NCBI GenBank assembly: GCA_041661605.1 | Contig: JBAZUE010000001.1 | Span: 734,928-798,927 of the forward strand | From: Candidatus Omnitrophota bacterium | GTDB taxonomy: Bacteria > Omnitrophota > Gorgyraeia > Gygaellales > Profunditerraquicolaceae | DNA length: 64,000 nt | Direction: 5' to 3' | Part shown: piece after piece, positions 1 through 10,705 of the stretch | Layout of the letters: every line of letters begins with the position of its first letter | Position numbering within the stretch: position 1 is the stretch's first letter | Made by a program: the position numbers and the translations under genes | The notes under the pieces: generated by a model | The model's input: only the letters and a program-made list of their open reading frames with translations | The model's database searches: none | What the model was told of the DNA's origin: nothing

Positions 1-832
1 GCATACGCAGAGAATTATTAAAAAGATCCCTGATAGTGATCTCGCCTTTTCCTTCAATATTGGGCGGCTTGGTCTCAAGCCTGACTACATGATCCTGGGC
101 CATATACAACTCAGCCGTATCTTCGATAACAATGGTACGCTCATCATTATCAATATAGCTGGAAAGCACACTGACGGTAGTAGTTTTACCGCTGCCTGTT
201 GCGCCGGAGAATATCATGTTCACCTTGCTTTTTATGCAGGTAACCAGGAAATCCGCCATTCTCTTATCCAGCGTATCCAGGCGAATAAGATCTTCTACTT
301 TTTGGATTAGCTTAAGGAATTTACGGATAGTTATTGTCGGCCCATCTATGGCTAACGGGGGAATAATAATATTTACTCGCGAACCATCCGGCAGGCAAAC
401 ATCCGTATAAGGCTGGGCCTCGTCCACACGCTTCCTGGTAGGCGCCAATATCTTTTGGATAACATACATAATCTGTTGGTTGCTGTCAAACTTAATACCG
501 GTCATCATTTTCTTGCCATTTTTTTCTATGTAAACATTATGCCTGCCATTGATCATGATCTCGGTAACTTCCTGATCCATCATCAACTTCTCGATAGGCC
601 CAAGACCGGCAAGCTCATCAACTAATTCATTAACAATCGCTTCCTTATCCCGAACAATAGCATCTCTGTCTTTATCTTTAAGCAGGCTGCGCGGCTGGTT
701 AAGAATTTCCCCTACAATCTTCCTGATCGTAGCCGCTACTTCTGTTTTATTACCGGCGTTTTTAGACAAGTCACTGCTGTATTGAGCAATGAAATATTCA
801 CGTACCGTGTTTTTCAGCGCTTGATTAATCAC
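1..832 (-). CDS. CpaF/TadA-family secretion ATPase (Tad/Flp-pilus type); N-terminal part only, the 3' end lies beyond the window start
   Basis: Absent from the ORF track because there is no stop inside the window. My minus-strand translation from GTG 832 reads VINQALKNTVREYF...KVNMIFSGATGSGKTTTVSVLSSYIDNDERTIVIEDTAELYMAQDHVVRLETKPPNIEGKGEITIRDLFNNSLRM. Walker A (GATGSGKTT), IEDTAEL and RLET.PPN.EGKGE blocks are typical of CpaF/VirB11-like ATPases. An in-frame stop at 848-850 bounds the start. The GTG overlaps the ispG stop as GTGA. Confidence 0.8.
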   Translation of the reverse strand, partial: MINQALKNTVREYFIAQYSSDLSKNAGNKTEVAATIRKIVGEILNQPRSLLKDKDRDAIVRDKEAIVNELVDELAGLGPIEKLMMDQEVTEIMINGRHNVYIEKNGKKMMTGIKFDSNQQIMYVIQKILAPTRKRVDEAQPYTDVCLPDGSRVNIIIPPLAIDGPTITIRKFLKLIQKVEDLIRLDTLDKRMADFLVTCIKSKVNMIFSGATGSGKTTTVSVLSSYIDNDERTIVIEDTAELYMAQDHVVRLETKPPNIEGKGEITIRDLFNNSLRM

Positions 833-1902
833 GCCTTCCCCCCGGCTTCAAGTTCCTCTAATACAATCCGCGCGCAGGCCCCTGGCTTTATTTTCCTGAC
901 AATTTTACCGCGCCTGAACAGGACTCCTTCGTTTTTGCCAAAAGCAACCCCTATATCGGCTTCCTTAGCCTCCCCCGGCCCGTTAACCACACAGCCCATT
1001 ATAGCCAATTTTACCGGCCTGGACAATGGTTTATAGGCGACAGACGATAATTTGGTCTCCAGTTCTTTGACTATAGCCACCAGATTAACCTTACAACGGC
1101 CGCAAGTAGGACAACTGATGATCTGCGGACCGAAACTGCCTAAACCCAAAGACTCTAATATACATTTAGCCACCCTAACCTCTTCTACCGGCTCTTCGGT
1201 CAAAGACACCCTCATTGTATCACCTATGCCCTCCAGAAGCAAAGCCCCCAAAGCCACGCTGGACTTGATAATCCCGTTATAAACAGAACCGGTAGCAGTC
1301 AAACCGAGATGCAAAGGATAGCTGCAAACCCTGGAAACTTTGCGATAAGCATCAAGCGTATCCAATACATTGTTGGCCTTAAGCGAAATTACTATGTCGT
1401 TAAATTTAAACCCTTCAACCATCTTTACATAATTCATGCAGGCAGAGACTAATTTATCGCTCATCGGAGCTTTCTTTAACCCTGTATCCTTAACCGAGCC
1501 GGAGTTAAGCCCTATGCGCAAAGGGATCCCGGTTGCCTTTAACGCTGAGATAACCGCCCCTATCTGCTGCTTTTTATCAATATTACCTGGGTTCAGCCTT
1601 ATTTTATCCGCTCCATTTTCGATAGCGGCAATTGCCAGGCGCCAATCAAAATGGATATCCGCTACCAAAGGCAGCTTTACTTTCGCTTTAATTTTTTTTA
1701 AAGAGGCGGCGTCGTTAAAATCATTGATTGCCAGGCGCACAATTTGACATCCCGCTTTTTTCAATTCATTGATCTGAATAATGGTATTTTCTACATCACT
1801 AGTCCTGGTCTTGGTCATTGACTGGATAACTATGGGGTTAGCCCCGCCTATCGGGAGACCGCCGATTTTTATAATCTTGCATTTTCTTCTTGCTATATTC
1901 AT
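829..1902 (-). CDS. ispG: 4-hydroxy-3-methylbut-2-en-1-yl diphosphate synthase (MEP pathway)
   Basis: ORF 829..1935. RRKCKIIKIGGLPIGGANPIVIQSMT N-terminus and a C-terminal CPTCGRC Fe-S motif. Start placed at ATG 1902 (MNIARRK), 1 nt after the rseP stop; GTG 1935 is the alternative. Confidence 0.9.
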   Translation of the reverse strand: MNIARRKCKIIKIGGLPIGGANPIVIQSMTKTRTSDVENTIIQINELKKAGCQIVRLAINDFNDAASLKKIKAKVKLPLVADIHFDWRLAIAAIENGADKIRLNPGNIDKKQQIGAVISALKATGIPLRIGLNSGSVKDTGLKKAPMSDKLVSACMNYVKMVEGFKFNDIVISLKANNVLDTLDAYRKVSRVCSYPLHLGLTATGSVYNGIIKSSVALGALLLEGIGDTMRVSLTEEPVEEVRVAKCILESLGLGSFGPQIISCPTCGRCKVNLVAIVKELETKLSSVAYKPLSRPVKLAIMGCVVNGPGEAKEADIGVAFGKNEGVLFRRGKIVRKIKPGACARIVLEELEAGGKA

Positions 1903-1903
1903 A

Positions 1904-2986
1904 TTACCTGCCCATAAATTTGCTGATCTTTTCACCGTAAAGCCTTAGTATATCATTATAAGTGACAAACAAGGCTATTGTAATCATCAGGGTAAAACCA
2001 ATGTTATTGACTATCTGCTCTGCTTTAACCCCCAGCGCTTTCTTCCTTAGTTTTTCCAAGCCCAGCAGAAATATATGCCCGCCATCAAGGATAGGCAGGG
2101 GCAAAAGGTTGAATATTGCAAGGCTTACGCTTAAAACCGCGATCAAATGCATAACCGCGATTATCCCTAGTTTTGCCGTCTTAGAAGTAATATAAAATAT
2201 ACCCAAGGGCCCGGTTACAGAATCGCGCATGGACATCTTGCCGCTAATCAACATCCAGAGCCCCTTGTAAGTCATAATAGTCAAATCTATGGTCTTCTGA
2301 ATTCCAAGATAGGCCGATTCAAATAAACCATGTCTGATTTCAACAATTTCATCAAGGGGGGTGATGCCGATAATACCTAAGGACTTCTTCTCCCCTAATT
2401 CATTGCCCAAAATTTTATCTTTAATCGATACTTTAAATTTCAACTCCTGATTACCGCGCAAAACCAAAAGCTCCACGCTTTCCTTCTCTTTTCTTTTCTG
2501 GATCTGGCGCTGCAGGTCATCCCATAAATCAACCTTCTGGCCGTCTATAACAATAATCTTATCCCCTGCCGCTAAACCCGCCTCTTTAGCTCCGTAGCCG
2601 TCAACTAATCCTCCAACCTTACTGGTCAAGCTGGGATAGCCCACAAAGAAAATACACCAAAAAAACAAGAAACCGAGCAGATAATTTAAAAACGGGCCAA
2701 AGAAGATAATCTGGAACCGCTGGCCGACACTTTTAGTAAAATATTCATCGCTCTTTCCCTTATATTCCGATTGGCTGTCTCCGGCCATTTTTACGTAGCC
2801 GCCTAAGGGGATCAAGCTTATGCTGTATTCGGTATCATTTTTCTTCTTTTTAAATACCTGCGGGCCAAACCCCAAAGAAAAATTCTCGACACGCACCCCA
2901 TTTCTTCGTGCGGCAAAGAAATGCCCGGACTCATGCACGATAATGAGCAGGCTTAAGATAAATGTAAAAATAAGTATGGCAATCAT
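1904..2986 (-). CDS. rseP: RIP site-2 zinc metalloprotease (M50 family, RseP-like)
   Basis: ORF 1904..3040. HESGHFF (HExxH) in the first TM, a PDZ-like middle (GLAAGDKIIVIDGQKV) and a C-terminal NLLPLPILDGGH motif. Start set at ATG 2986 (MIAILIF) to avoid a 41-nt overlap with dxr. Confidence 0.85.
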   Translation of the reverse strand: MIAILIFTFILSLLIIVHESGHFFAARRNGVRVENFSLGFGPQVFKKKKNDTEYSISLIPLGGYVKMAGDSQSEYKGKSDEYFTKSVGQRFQIIFFGPFLNYLLGFLFFWCIFFVGYPSLTSKVGGLVDGYGAKEAGLAAGDKIIVIDGQKVDLWDDLQRQIQKRKEKESVELLVLRGNQELKFKVSIKDKILGNELGEKKSLGIIGITPLDEIVEIRHGLFESAYLGIQKTIDLTIMTYKGLWMLISGKMSMRDSVTGPLGIFYITSKTAKLGIIAVMHLIAVLSVSLAIFNLLPLPILDGGHIFLLGLEKLRKKALGVKAEQIVNNIGFTLMITIALFVTYNDILRLYGEKISKFMGR

Positions 2987-2999
2987 GTTTAATTTAAAA

Positions 3000-4145
3000 T
3001 TATCCGCACATGCGGACAGCTTCTTCCCTGGCCCAGGCATCGGCAGCCATTATGCCCGGCAGGTCCGGATTAACTATCTTTGTGTGCCGCCGCATCACCT
3101 TTTCCACAATTTTCGGTATAGACAAAAAACCAATACGCTTGTTTAGAAAATGGTTCACAGTAACTTCATTAGCCGCATTTAAAACCGCAGGCATAGTCCC
3201 TAAATCTTTAGCTGCCTGATAAGCAAGCCTGAGACAGGGAAATTTCTCCAGATCCGGTTTCTCAAAATGCAACTCTTTGAGATTATAAAAATCAATTCCC
3301 GGCAGTTTATTAACCAGCCTTCGCGGATAAGATAAAGCATACTGTATCGGTATACGCATATCCGCCGCTGAAAGCTGAGCCATAATTACCCCGTCGTTAA
3401 ACTCAACCATAGAATGGATCAAGGCTTCAGGATGAATCAATACCTTGATTTTTTCTGCTTCTAAACCAAATAAAAACATCGCCTCAAGCAGCTCTAACCC
3501 TTTATTCATCAAAGTTGCCGAATCAACCGTTATTTTCCTTCCCATCTTCCAACGGGGGTGCCGCAATACTTCCTTAAGGCTGACCCTCTTAAATTTACTA
3601 AGCGGCAGGTTTCTTAAAGGCCCGCCGGAAGCAGTCAGATATACCCTCCTGACATCAGGCTCCCGGAAACCTCCCAGGCCCTGCCAAATAGCTGATTGTT
3701 CACTATCAACCGGCAGGATCCTAACCTTGTATTTTTTTGCCAGCCGCATAACTAAGGGTCCGGCCATTACCAATGCTTCTTTGTTAGCCAAAGCAATATC
3801 TTTGCCATTCCTGATTGCGCTGAGCAACGGATTAAGCGCGGCAGAACCGGAGATGGCGAACATTACCAGTTCGATCTTGGCATCTTTAACCATCTCGGCC
3901 AAACCTTCTTCTGCGCAAAAAACCTTTACTGACGAACCTAAATCAACGCGTAATTTAGAGGCCGCTTCTTCATTTCTTACACACACAAATGACGGCTTAA
4001 ATTCTTTTATCTGTTGTTTTAGCTTAATAATATCCGAATTAACGCTTAAAGCCTCAACTTTAAATTGCTGCGGCAGGCTTCTAACCACAGAAAGCGTACT
4101 CTGGCCGATTGATCCGCTGGAACCTAAAACCGCTATTTTTTTCAC
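3000..4145 (-). CDS. dxr: 1-deoxy-D-xylulose 5-phosphate reductoisomerase
   Basis: MKKIAVLGSSGSIGQSTL NADPH-binding N-terminus, LANKEALV, HPRWKMGRKITVDSATLMNKGLE block. Sits in the conserved uppS-cdsA-dxr-rseP neighbourhood. Confidence 0.93.
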   Translation of the reverse strand: MKKIAVLGSSGSIGQSTLSVVRSLPQQFKVEALSVNSDIIKLKQQIKEFKPSFVCVRNEEAASKLRVDLGSSVKVFCAEEGLAEMVKDAKIELVMFAISGSAALNPLLSAIRNGKDIALANKEALVMAGPLVMRLAKKYKVRILPVDSEQSAIWQGLGGFREPDVRRVYLTASGGPLRNLPLSKFKRVSLKEVLRHPRWKMGRKITVDSATLMNKGLELLEAMFLFGLEAEKIKVLIHPEALIHSMVEFNDGVIMAQLSAADMRIPIQYALSYPRRLVNKLPGIDFYNLKELHFEKPDLEKFPCLRLAYQAAKDLGTMPAVLNAANEVTVNHFLNKRIGFLSIPKIVEKVMRRHTKIVNPDLPGIMAADAWAREEAVRMCG

Positions 4146-4936
4146 TTTACGATTACGCTAAGGTAGAAATAAAATACCGGAGCAGTAAATAATAAACTGT
4201 CGATCTGATCCAACACCCCGCCCATCCCCGGAAAAATACTTCCTGAATCTTTGATTCGACAGTCCCGTTTAAGTAACGATTCGGAAAGATCCCCTAATTG
4301 GCCAAGAACCCCCAAGCCAATCGCGGTCAATAATAACTGTCCATAGCCAAATGGCAAGAAAGACTTGCTGATTAAAGCGCCTAAGACACTGAATAATAGC
4401 CCGCCGATAGCTCCTTCAACGGTCTTTTTTGGGCTTATATGCTGCATTAAAGGCCTCTTTCCCCAGCGGCTTCCCACTAAAAATGCCCCGATATCCCCCA
4501 GCTTAACGATTAACAATAAAGCGATTAGAAAACCAAGCCCTCCGGAAAGATAACGTATCTTTATGATAAAGCTGAAAAACCAGGAAACATATAGTATGCC
4601 AAAGACAGTAGTCGAAATATCCACGATCACCCCGGAGGAATCACGGCGTTTAAACTGCATAATCAGGATAAAGAACAAAGCCAAAACAATAAAGAGAAGC
4701 TCCCAGCTTTTTGTCGGCTCAAACCTGAGCATGATAGATAAAGGAATAACCGTCCCCATCCCGATGCCGAAATATTTATAGATATTTATCCCTTTCTTCT
4801 CCAACATCACAAAATATTCATATAATCCGGCGACAATAAAAATAGTAGCCACTAATCCGCAGAGCCAGTCAAAAAAGATCACCGTCGAGATAATACTGAT
4901 AAGCACAGTAGAGCTGATTACTCTTTTAAGAAACAT
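4142..4936 (-). CDS. cdsA: phosphatidate cytidylyltransferase
   Basis: Multi-pass membrane protein. The C-terminal SLLKRDCRIKDSGSIFPGMGGVLDQIDS matches the CDP-diglyceride synthase signature. Flanked by uppS and dxr. Confidence 0.85.
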   Translation of the reverse strand: MFLKRVISSTVLISIISTVIFFDWLCGLVATIFIVAGLYEYFVMLEKKGINIYKYFGIGMGTVIPLSIMLRFEPTKSWELLFIVLALFFILIMQFKRRDSSGVIVDISTTVFGILYVSWFFSFIIKIRYLSGGLGFLIALLLIVKLGDIGAFLVGSRWGKRPLMQHISPKKTVEGAIGGLLFSVLGALISKSFLPFGYGQLLLTAIGLGVLGQLGDLSESLLKRDCRIKDSGSIFPGMGGVLDQIDSLLFTAPVFYFYLSVIVK

Positions 4937-5645
4937 TTAGGCCTCCAAACCTGCGTTCTCTTTTTTGGTATTCCTTAATCGCTTCCTTTAACTCTTCAAT
5001 CCCGAAATCCGGCCAGTATTTTTTGGAAAAATAAAATTCGGAGTATGAAAGCTGCCAGAGCAGAAAATTACTAATGCGCATCTCTTCGCTGGTGCGGATT
5101 AACAAGTCCGGGTCCGGGATATCCGCAGCATAAAAATAACGGCTAAACTGCTCTGCCTCCAGGCTCGCAGGGTCTGACTTGCCGGTTAATACATCTTGAG
5201 CAAATTTTTTAGCGGCATCCAGGATCTCCTGCCTGCCCCCGTAATTTATAGCCAAAATAACCTTTAAGCCGGTATTACCAATGGTCTGCTCCCGGGCTTT
5301 TTTAATCTTAGCCTGGAGATATTTAGGGATAGGATCATCCCTGCCGATAACCATAAAACGCATATTGTTCTTATGCAATTCGGCGACTTCCTTATCCAGG
5401 AAATTACCCAGGTAACGCATCAGGAAATTAACTTCATTCTTTGGCCGGGACCAATTTTCCGTTGAAAAAGCGAAGAAAGTAACTACCTGAATTTTTAATT
5501 GGCTTGCCCCGCGGATAATCTCTTTTACGCGTTTTATCCCCTCCCGATGCCCGCAAGTACGGCTTAGGCCTTTTTCTTTTGCCCAGCGGCCGTTACCATC
5601 CATAATAAAAGCTATATGCTTAGGGATTTTGAGATTGTCCTGCAT
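4926..5645 (-). CDS. uppS: isoprenyl transferase (undecaprenyl diphosphate synthase)
   Basis: HIAFIMDGNGRWAKEKGL, FAFSTENWSRP and RTSEEMRISNFLLWQLSYSE motifs of cis-prenyltransferases. Confidence 0.93.
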   Translation of the reverse strand: MQDNLKIPKHIAFIMDGNGRWAKEKGLSRTCGHREGIKRVKEIIRGASQLKIQVVTFFAFSTENWSRPKNEVNFLMRYLGNFLDKEVAELHKNNMRFMVIGRDDPIPKYLQAKIKKAREQTIGNTGLKVILAINYGGRQEILDAAKKFAQDVLTGKSDPASLEAEQFSRYFYAADIPDPDLLIRTSEEMRISNFLLWQLSYSEFYFSKKYWPDFGIEELKEAIKEYQKRERRFGGLNVS

Positions 5646-5646
5646 G

Positions 5647-7227
5647 CTACTGATGTACCTGGTAATCTATATTAGGGAAGAGATTATCTTTATACTCAAT
5701 ATCCGAGAGCCAGCTCTCGTTAATATTACTGGACTTGATATCTTCATAAATACGGTTAAACCTTAAAAGGTGATCTTTGGTGCGGCGCACCGCATAACTG
5801 GTATGCGTGCCCGTGCCAAGGATAAATGCCCAATCCGAACTTTGCGCCAAAAGTAACTCGCGTAAAGCCTGATTTAAGGCCCGGCGCAATAAGCCTTCGG
5901 CCCTGGGAAAATTCCTGACCAATTCACTCATCCGTTCTGAAGCCGCATGCAAATGCCGGTAGATCCAGTCATTTGAGCCTTGCAGCCACATCTCCGAATA
6001 CCCTTTATATCCCCAGCTGGAAAGCGACGGAGTAATTACCTGATTTCGCGGATTCTCTGTTAAGTATTCCGAAGGAGTAATCATGCGTATTTCATTCTGG
6101 TCACAGGCAACTTTGCGGAAAAGAAAATCCAGCCACATCGGCCCCTCATACCACCAATGCCCAAAAAGTTCAGCGTCATAAGGCGAGACAATTATCGGCG
6201 GCTTGCCCATAAGGTCATTAAGATAACTGGCCTGTTTCTGACGGTTAAACATAAAATTACCGGCGTGATCTGCCGCGCGATCCCTTGCCCACTCCGATAC
6301 ATAGGGCTCTTTATGATTGCTTGTGCCGGTAATACGATAATACTTTATTCCTGTGTTAATCCGCACTCCGTCAGGATGAATATAGGGCTTGATATAATCA
6401 AACTCCAGATCAAAACCAATATCACGGTAAAATTCCCGGTAGTTATAATCTCCGGGGTATCCTTCGATAGAAGACCAGACCTGCTTTGATGACTCCAGAT
6501 CCCTGCCAAAGGCGGCTACTCCCGTGCCTTTGCAATAAACCGGGGCAAATACTCCGTATTTAGGACGGGGCGTGCCATGCAGTAACCCGTGAGAATCAGT
6601 AAAGAAATAACGAATTTGGGCCTCGCGAAGTATCTCATCATGCCCGGGGCAAAAACCGCACTCCGGCAGCCAGATACCGCGCGGCCTTCTGCCAAATACA
6701 CTTTCATAATGATTCGCCGCCACCTTGACCTGAGCGCGCACCGAATCCCGGCAAACATCCATAAGCGGGAAAAATCCATGCGTAGCCCCGCAGGTAATTA
6801 TCTCTAGCTTGCCTAAATCCTGAAATTTCTTAAAAGCATTTACCAGGTTGCAGTTATATTTCTGGAATATATCCCGGGCGTGCGAGAACCTGTTGAAATA
6901 CATCTCCGCCAGGCGCCTGAATGACTCCTGCCACCTTGTCCTTTCCATTTCTTTCTGCGACAACTCAATAAGCTTATTTATATGTTTTAAATAACGCTCC
7001 TGCAGCAGAGAGTCTGAAAGCATGGAGATAAGCGTGGGGCTCAAGGTCATGGTGATCCGGAAGTCTATCCCGTCGGCAACGAGCCCTTCAAAAACAGTTA
7101 TAAGCGGAACATAAGTTTCGGTAATTGCTTCATAAAGCCAATCCTCCTCCAGGAAATTCTCGTGTTCCGGGTGGCGCACAAAAGGCAGGTGTCCGTGTAA
7201 AACTAAACAAAGGTATCCTTTAGGCAT
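5647..7227 (-). CDS. glycoside hydrolase family 57 enzyme, probable 1,4-alpha-glucan branching enzyme
   Basis: LVLHGHLPFVRHPE N-terminus, GIWLPECGF (nucleophile region) and YDAELFGHWWYEG blocks characteristic of GH57 branching enzymes. Confidence 0.8.
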   Translation of the reverse strand: MPKGYLCLVLHGHLPFVRHPEHENFLEEDWLYEAITETYVPLITVFEGLVADGIDFRITMTLSPTLISMLSDSLLQERYLKHINKLIELSQKEMERTRWQESFRRLAEMYFNRFSHARDIFQKYNCNLVNAFKKFQDLGKLEIITCGATHGFFPLMDVCRDSVRAQVKVAANHYESVFGRRPRGIWLPECGFCPGHDEILREAQIRYFFTDSHGLLHGTPRPKYGVFAPVYCKGTGVAAFGRDLESSKQVWSSIEGYPGDYNYREFYRDIGFDLEFDYIKPYIHPDGVRINTGIKYYRITGTSNHKEPYVSEWARDRAADHAGNFMFNRQKQASYLNDLMGKPPIIVSPYDAELFGHWWYEGPMWLDFLFRKVACDQNEIRMITPSEYLTENPRNQVITPSLSSWGYKGYSEMWLQGSNDWIYRHLHAASERMSELVRNFPRAEGLLRRALNQALRELLLAQSSDWAFILGTGTHTSYAVRRTKDHLLRFNRIYEDIKSSNINESWLSDIEYKDNLFPNIDYQVHQ

Positions 7228-7231
7228 GGGC

Positions 7232-8203
7232 TTATCTGGTCTCTCGGGTTACGATTGGAGTAATAGTACGTTCGTCTATCCCATCGGCGGAAGTCGCCTT
7301 AACCGGAATCACCTGTTTACTATCCGGCAAATAATATCGCAGGGTAAAGGTGCCGTCAGGTCTTAAATTAATCGGCTGCCCCTGCACTGTAACTTTTGCG
7401 TCAGGCTCAGTGGCCCCGTAAACAATTAATTCACAATCTACTTTCATCCAAAAACTTCTTTCCTTAACCTCTTTTCTTACCGGGCTTGAGGATACGCCTG
7501 AGCTGAACAACCCCTGTTTTAAGCGTTGCTGCCAGCCGCGGCCTACGGGCGAACTCTTGCCTAAACCAAAACCCATGCCATAAAGCCTGGCAAATATATC
7601 TTCGGGAATCATCCATTCTTCATCAGTAATCCATGACGGGCTATCCAGAGGGGTAGAAACAACATTAGAACGTAAGATGGTGATAAACCTGCCGTCGGTT
7701 AACATCAGCCCCAAATCCACACACCAGGAACGCCCCGGCCCTGCCGTATCGATATACCAGCTGTTGGCAAAATCATTGTACTGGATATCAAAGAAACTAT
7801 TGGCGTTAGAACCGTTAAAGACAATATTAGTAACATCATAAACCCTTAAAATCTTTTTGGCGCGGTAGAAATCATCTCCCAGTTTATTTTTTAAACCCTC
7901 AATAGTCTGGTTTCTTAACTCCCAATAAGTATGCAGCCAGCGCGGATCGCGCACCTGCAAAATAATCTTATCCTGTTCATAAGAAGAAGGAAGCTCCTGC
8001 GGCATAACAGTCCTGGCACGCATATCTTCCGGGTGAGAAAATTTTGTATTGACGGCAATAGTCTCCTGGAAACCCGGGATATCCCTGGTTGCCAAGGCCC
8101 CCCGCTCGGCAGCAGCCGATTTATTTTTCTTTGTTTTTAGAGAAACAGGCTTAGCACGGATGATTTTCTTTAGCTTTTCCTTTACTTTATTTAATATCTT
8201 CAT
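7232..8203 (-). CDS. DUF4912-like protein (commonly partnered with GH57 enzymes), function unknown
   Basis: Basic N-terminus, then the LPSSYEQDKIILQVRDPRWLHTYWEL block that I recognise as the DUF4912 core. Strong SD GGGAGGTGG 3 nt before ATG 8203. 4-nt gap to the GH57 gene. Confidence 0.55.
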   Translation of the reverse strand: MKILNKVKEKLKKIIRAKPVSLKTKKNKSAAAERGALATRDIPGFQETIAVNTKFSHPEDMRARTVMPQELPSSYEQDKIILQVRDPRWLHTYWELRNQTIEGLKNKLGDDFYRAKKILRVYDVTNIVFNGSNANSFFDIQYNDFANSWYIDTAGPGRSWCVDLGLMLTDGRFITILRSNVVSTPLDSPSWITDEEWMIPEDIFARLYGMGFGLGKSSPVGRGWQQRLKQGLFSSGVSSSPVRKEVKERSFWMKVDCELIVYGATEPDAKVTVQGQPINLRPDGTFTLRYYLPDSKQVIPVKATSADGIDERTITPIVTRETR

Positions 8204-8223
8204 AAGCCACCTCCCTCTAATAA

Positions 8224-8246
8224 AAAAGGGGATAATCTCCCCTTTT
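8224..8246 (-). terminator. Rho-independent terminator after the OmpA-like/coiled-coil gene pair
   Basis: On the minus strand, AAAAGGGGA-GATTA-TCCCCTTTT (9-bp stem, 5-nt loop) running into a T-tract (TCCCCTTTTTTATT), 48 nt after the stop at 8294. Confidence 0.6.
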
Positions 8247-8293
8247 CACAAAACAATTGCTGCATTCATTCAATCTCCCTTTATTTCATTAAA

Positions 8294-8635
8294 TTATTTC
8301 CCTGAAGGCTCTTTAAGTTTACTTGCCTTTTGCAGTTCATCTGTAAGGTTTTGGTTAGCCAGTTGCTCCTGGGCTAAAACTTTTTTGGCCTCCTCAAGCG
8401 CTGCTTTTGCCTCTTCAGCCTCTTTTTCCTTCGCCTTGGCCCTTTCCTCTAAAGCCGATCTCTCCTGAGAAAACTTATTCATTTTCTCTTCCATCTGAAG
8501 GCGCGCAGCCATTTCTTTATCGCGTCCGGCTTTTTGACGCATTGCGCTATTACATGAACTAAGCGTGCCAAAGAAAAATATACACGATAATACCGCTAAA
8601 ATAATTACTATGCGGTTCTTTAAATTATCATCCAT
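8294..8635 (-). CDS. hypothetical membrane-anchored coiled-coil protein
   Basis: 113 aa. N-terminal TM/signal (IVIILAVLSCIFFFGTLSSC, possible lipobox), then a Lys/Glu/Ala-rich heptad-like region. ATG directly abuts the stop of the upstream OmpA-like gene. C-terminal LKEPSGK echoes the EPSGLKEP tail of that neighbour. Confidence 0.5.
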   Translation of the reverse strand: MDDNLKNRIVIILAVLSCIFFFGTLSSCNSAMRQKAGRDKEMAARLQMEEKMNKFSQERSALEERAKAKEKEAEEAKAALEEAKKVLAQEQLANQNLTDELQKASKLKEPSGK

Positions 8636-9328
8636 TTATTTAAGATTCTCTATAGGCTCTTTGAGCCCGGATGGCTCCATATTAGAATCCTCTTCGGGAG
8701 CCTTCGTTTCGGATATATCTTTAGAGCCGCCTTTAACTTTAGTAACATTAGGCAAGATAACAATCTCTACCCTGCGGTTCTGCTTACGGCCATCTGCGGT
8801 TTCATTAGAATCTACCGGCCTGTATTCTCCGTAACCGATTGCGGATAAACGCTCAGGCGCAATCCCCTGTTCCTTGACTAAATAATGTAAAACGCTTAAG
8901 GCGCGGGCGCTAGAAAGTTCCCAGTTAGATTTCCAGCTGGAAAGCTTAATCGGAACATTATCAGTATGGCCTTCAATTCCCACATTAAATTGCGACATAT
9001 TATCTTTTAAAACCGACGATACCTTGTTTAATAAATTATAAGCCTCAGGCCTGATACTTGACTTACCGGAATCAAACAAAAGATCTCCTACAACGGTAAT
9101 AACCAGCCCCTTTTCCATCATCTGAAGCTTTATCTGTTTATCATTTATCTCCTGCCCAAACTTCTGTTCAAGCAGACTCTTGGAACGGGAAAGTTCATCC
9201 AGTTGGGCGTTCAGCTCTTCGATTTTCTGGGCATCAGATCTCCTGCCGCTTTGAAAAACAAAACTGCATCCGGCTAAACCTAAAGTTATGGATAAAACCA
9301 GCGCGAATTTGAAAAAAATATTTCTCAT
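8636..9328 (-). CDS. OmpA/MotB-family peptidoglycan-binding lipoprotein
   Basis: Lipobox LAGCS, a coiled-coil linker, and an OmpA-like domain: GHTDNVPI...SNWELSSARALSVLHYLV...GYGEYRPV...NRRVEIVI. Confidence 0.8.
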   Translation of the reverse strand: MRNIFFKFALVLSITLGLAGCSFVFQSGRRSDAQKIEELNAQLDELSRSKSLLEQKFGQEINDKQIKLQMMEKGLVITVVGDLLFDSGKSSIRPEAYNLLNKVSSVLKDNMSQFNVGIEGHTDNVPIKLSSWKSNWELSSARALSVLHYLVKEQGIAPERLSAIGYGEYRPVDSNETADGRKQNRRVEIVILPNVTKVKGGSKDISETKAPEEDSNMEPSGLKEPIENLK

Positions 9329-9375
9329 CTTACTCTCCTTGGCCCTCTAGCCTGTTTACTTTAAATTGAAGTTTA

Positions 9376-9404
9376 AATATAACATAACCCATTATTCTAG
9401 TCAA
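9376..9404 (-). promoter_or_regulatory. sigma70-like promoter for the OmpA-like operon
   Basis: Minus strand TTGACT (9404-9399), 17-nt spacer, TATATT (9381-9376), about 48 nt upstream of ATG 9328, which has SD AAGGAGAG. Confidence 0.45.
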
Positions 9405-9424
9405 GAGTTTTATGGGGTTATAAC

Positions 9425-10705
<1,281 letters not shown>

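Noticed and set aside
3445-4161. Long antisense ORFs (3445-4161 238 aa; also 10514-11146, 20660-21169, 22191-22805, 46647-47291, 51857-52456, 63432-63959)
   Set aside because: Each lies entirely inside a well-supported minus-strand gene (dxr, purA/synthase, kdsD, kdsB/hldA, aroC, protease, purD). Each has low-complexity Ser/Pro/Leu/Ala-rich translations and no recognisable motif. These are typical shadow ORFs.
8294-9328. Shared C-terminal LKEP/EPSG tails of the OmpA-like protein and the downstream coiled-coil protein as a sorting signal
   Set aside because: Only about 6-7 residues are shared (EPSGLKEP vs LKEPSGK) in low-complexity charged tails. That is too short to support a motif claim without homologues.
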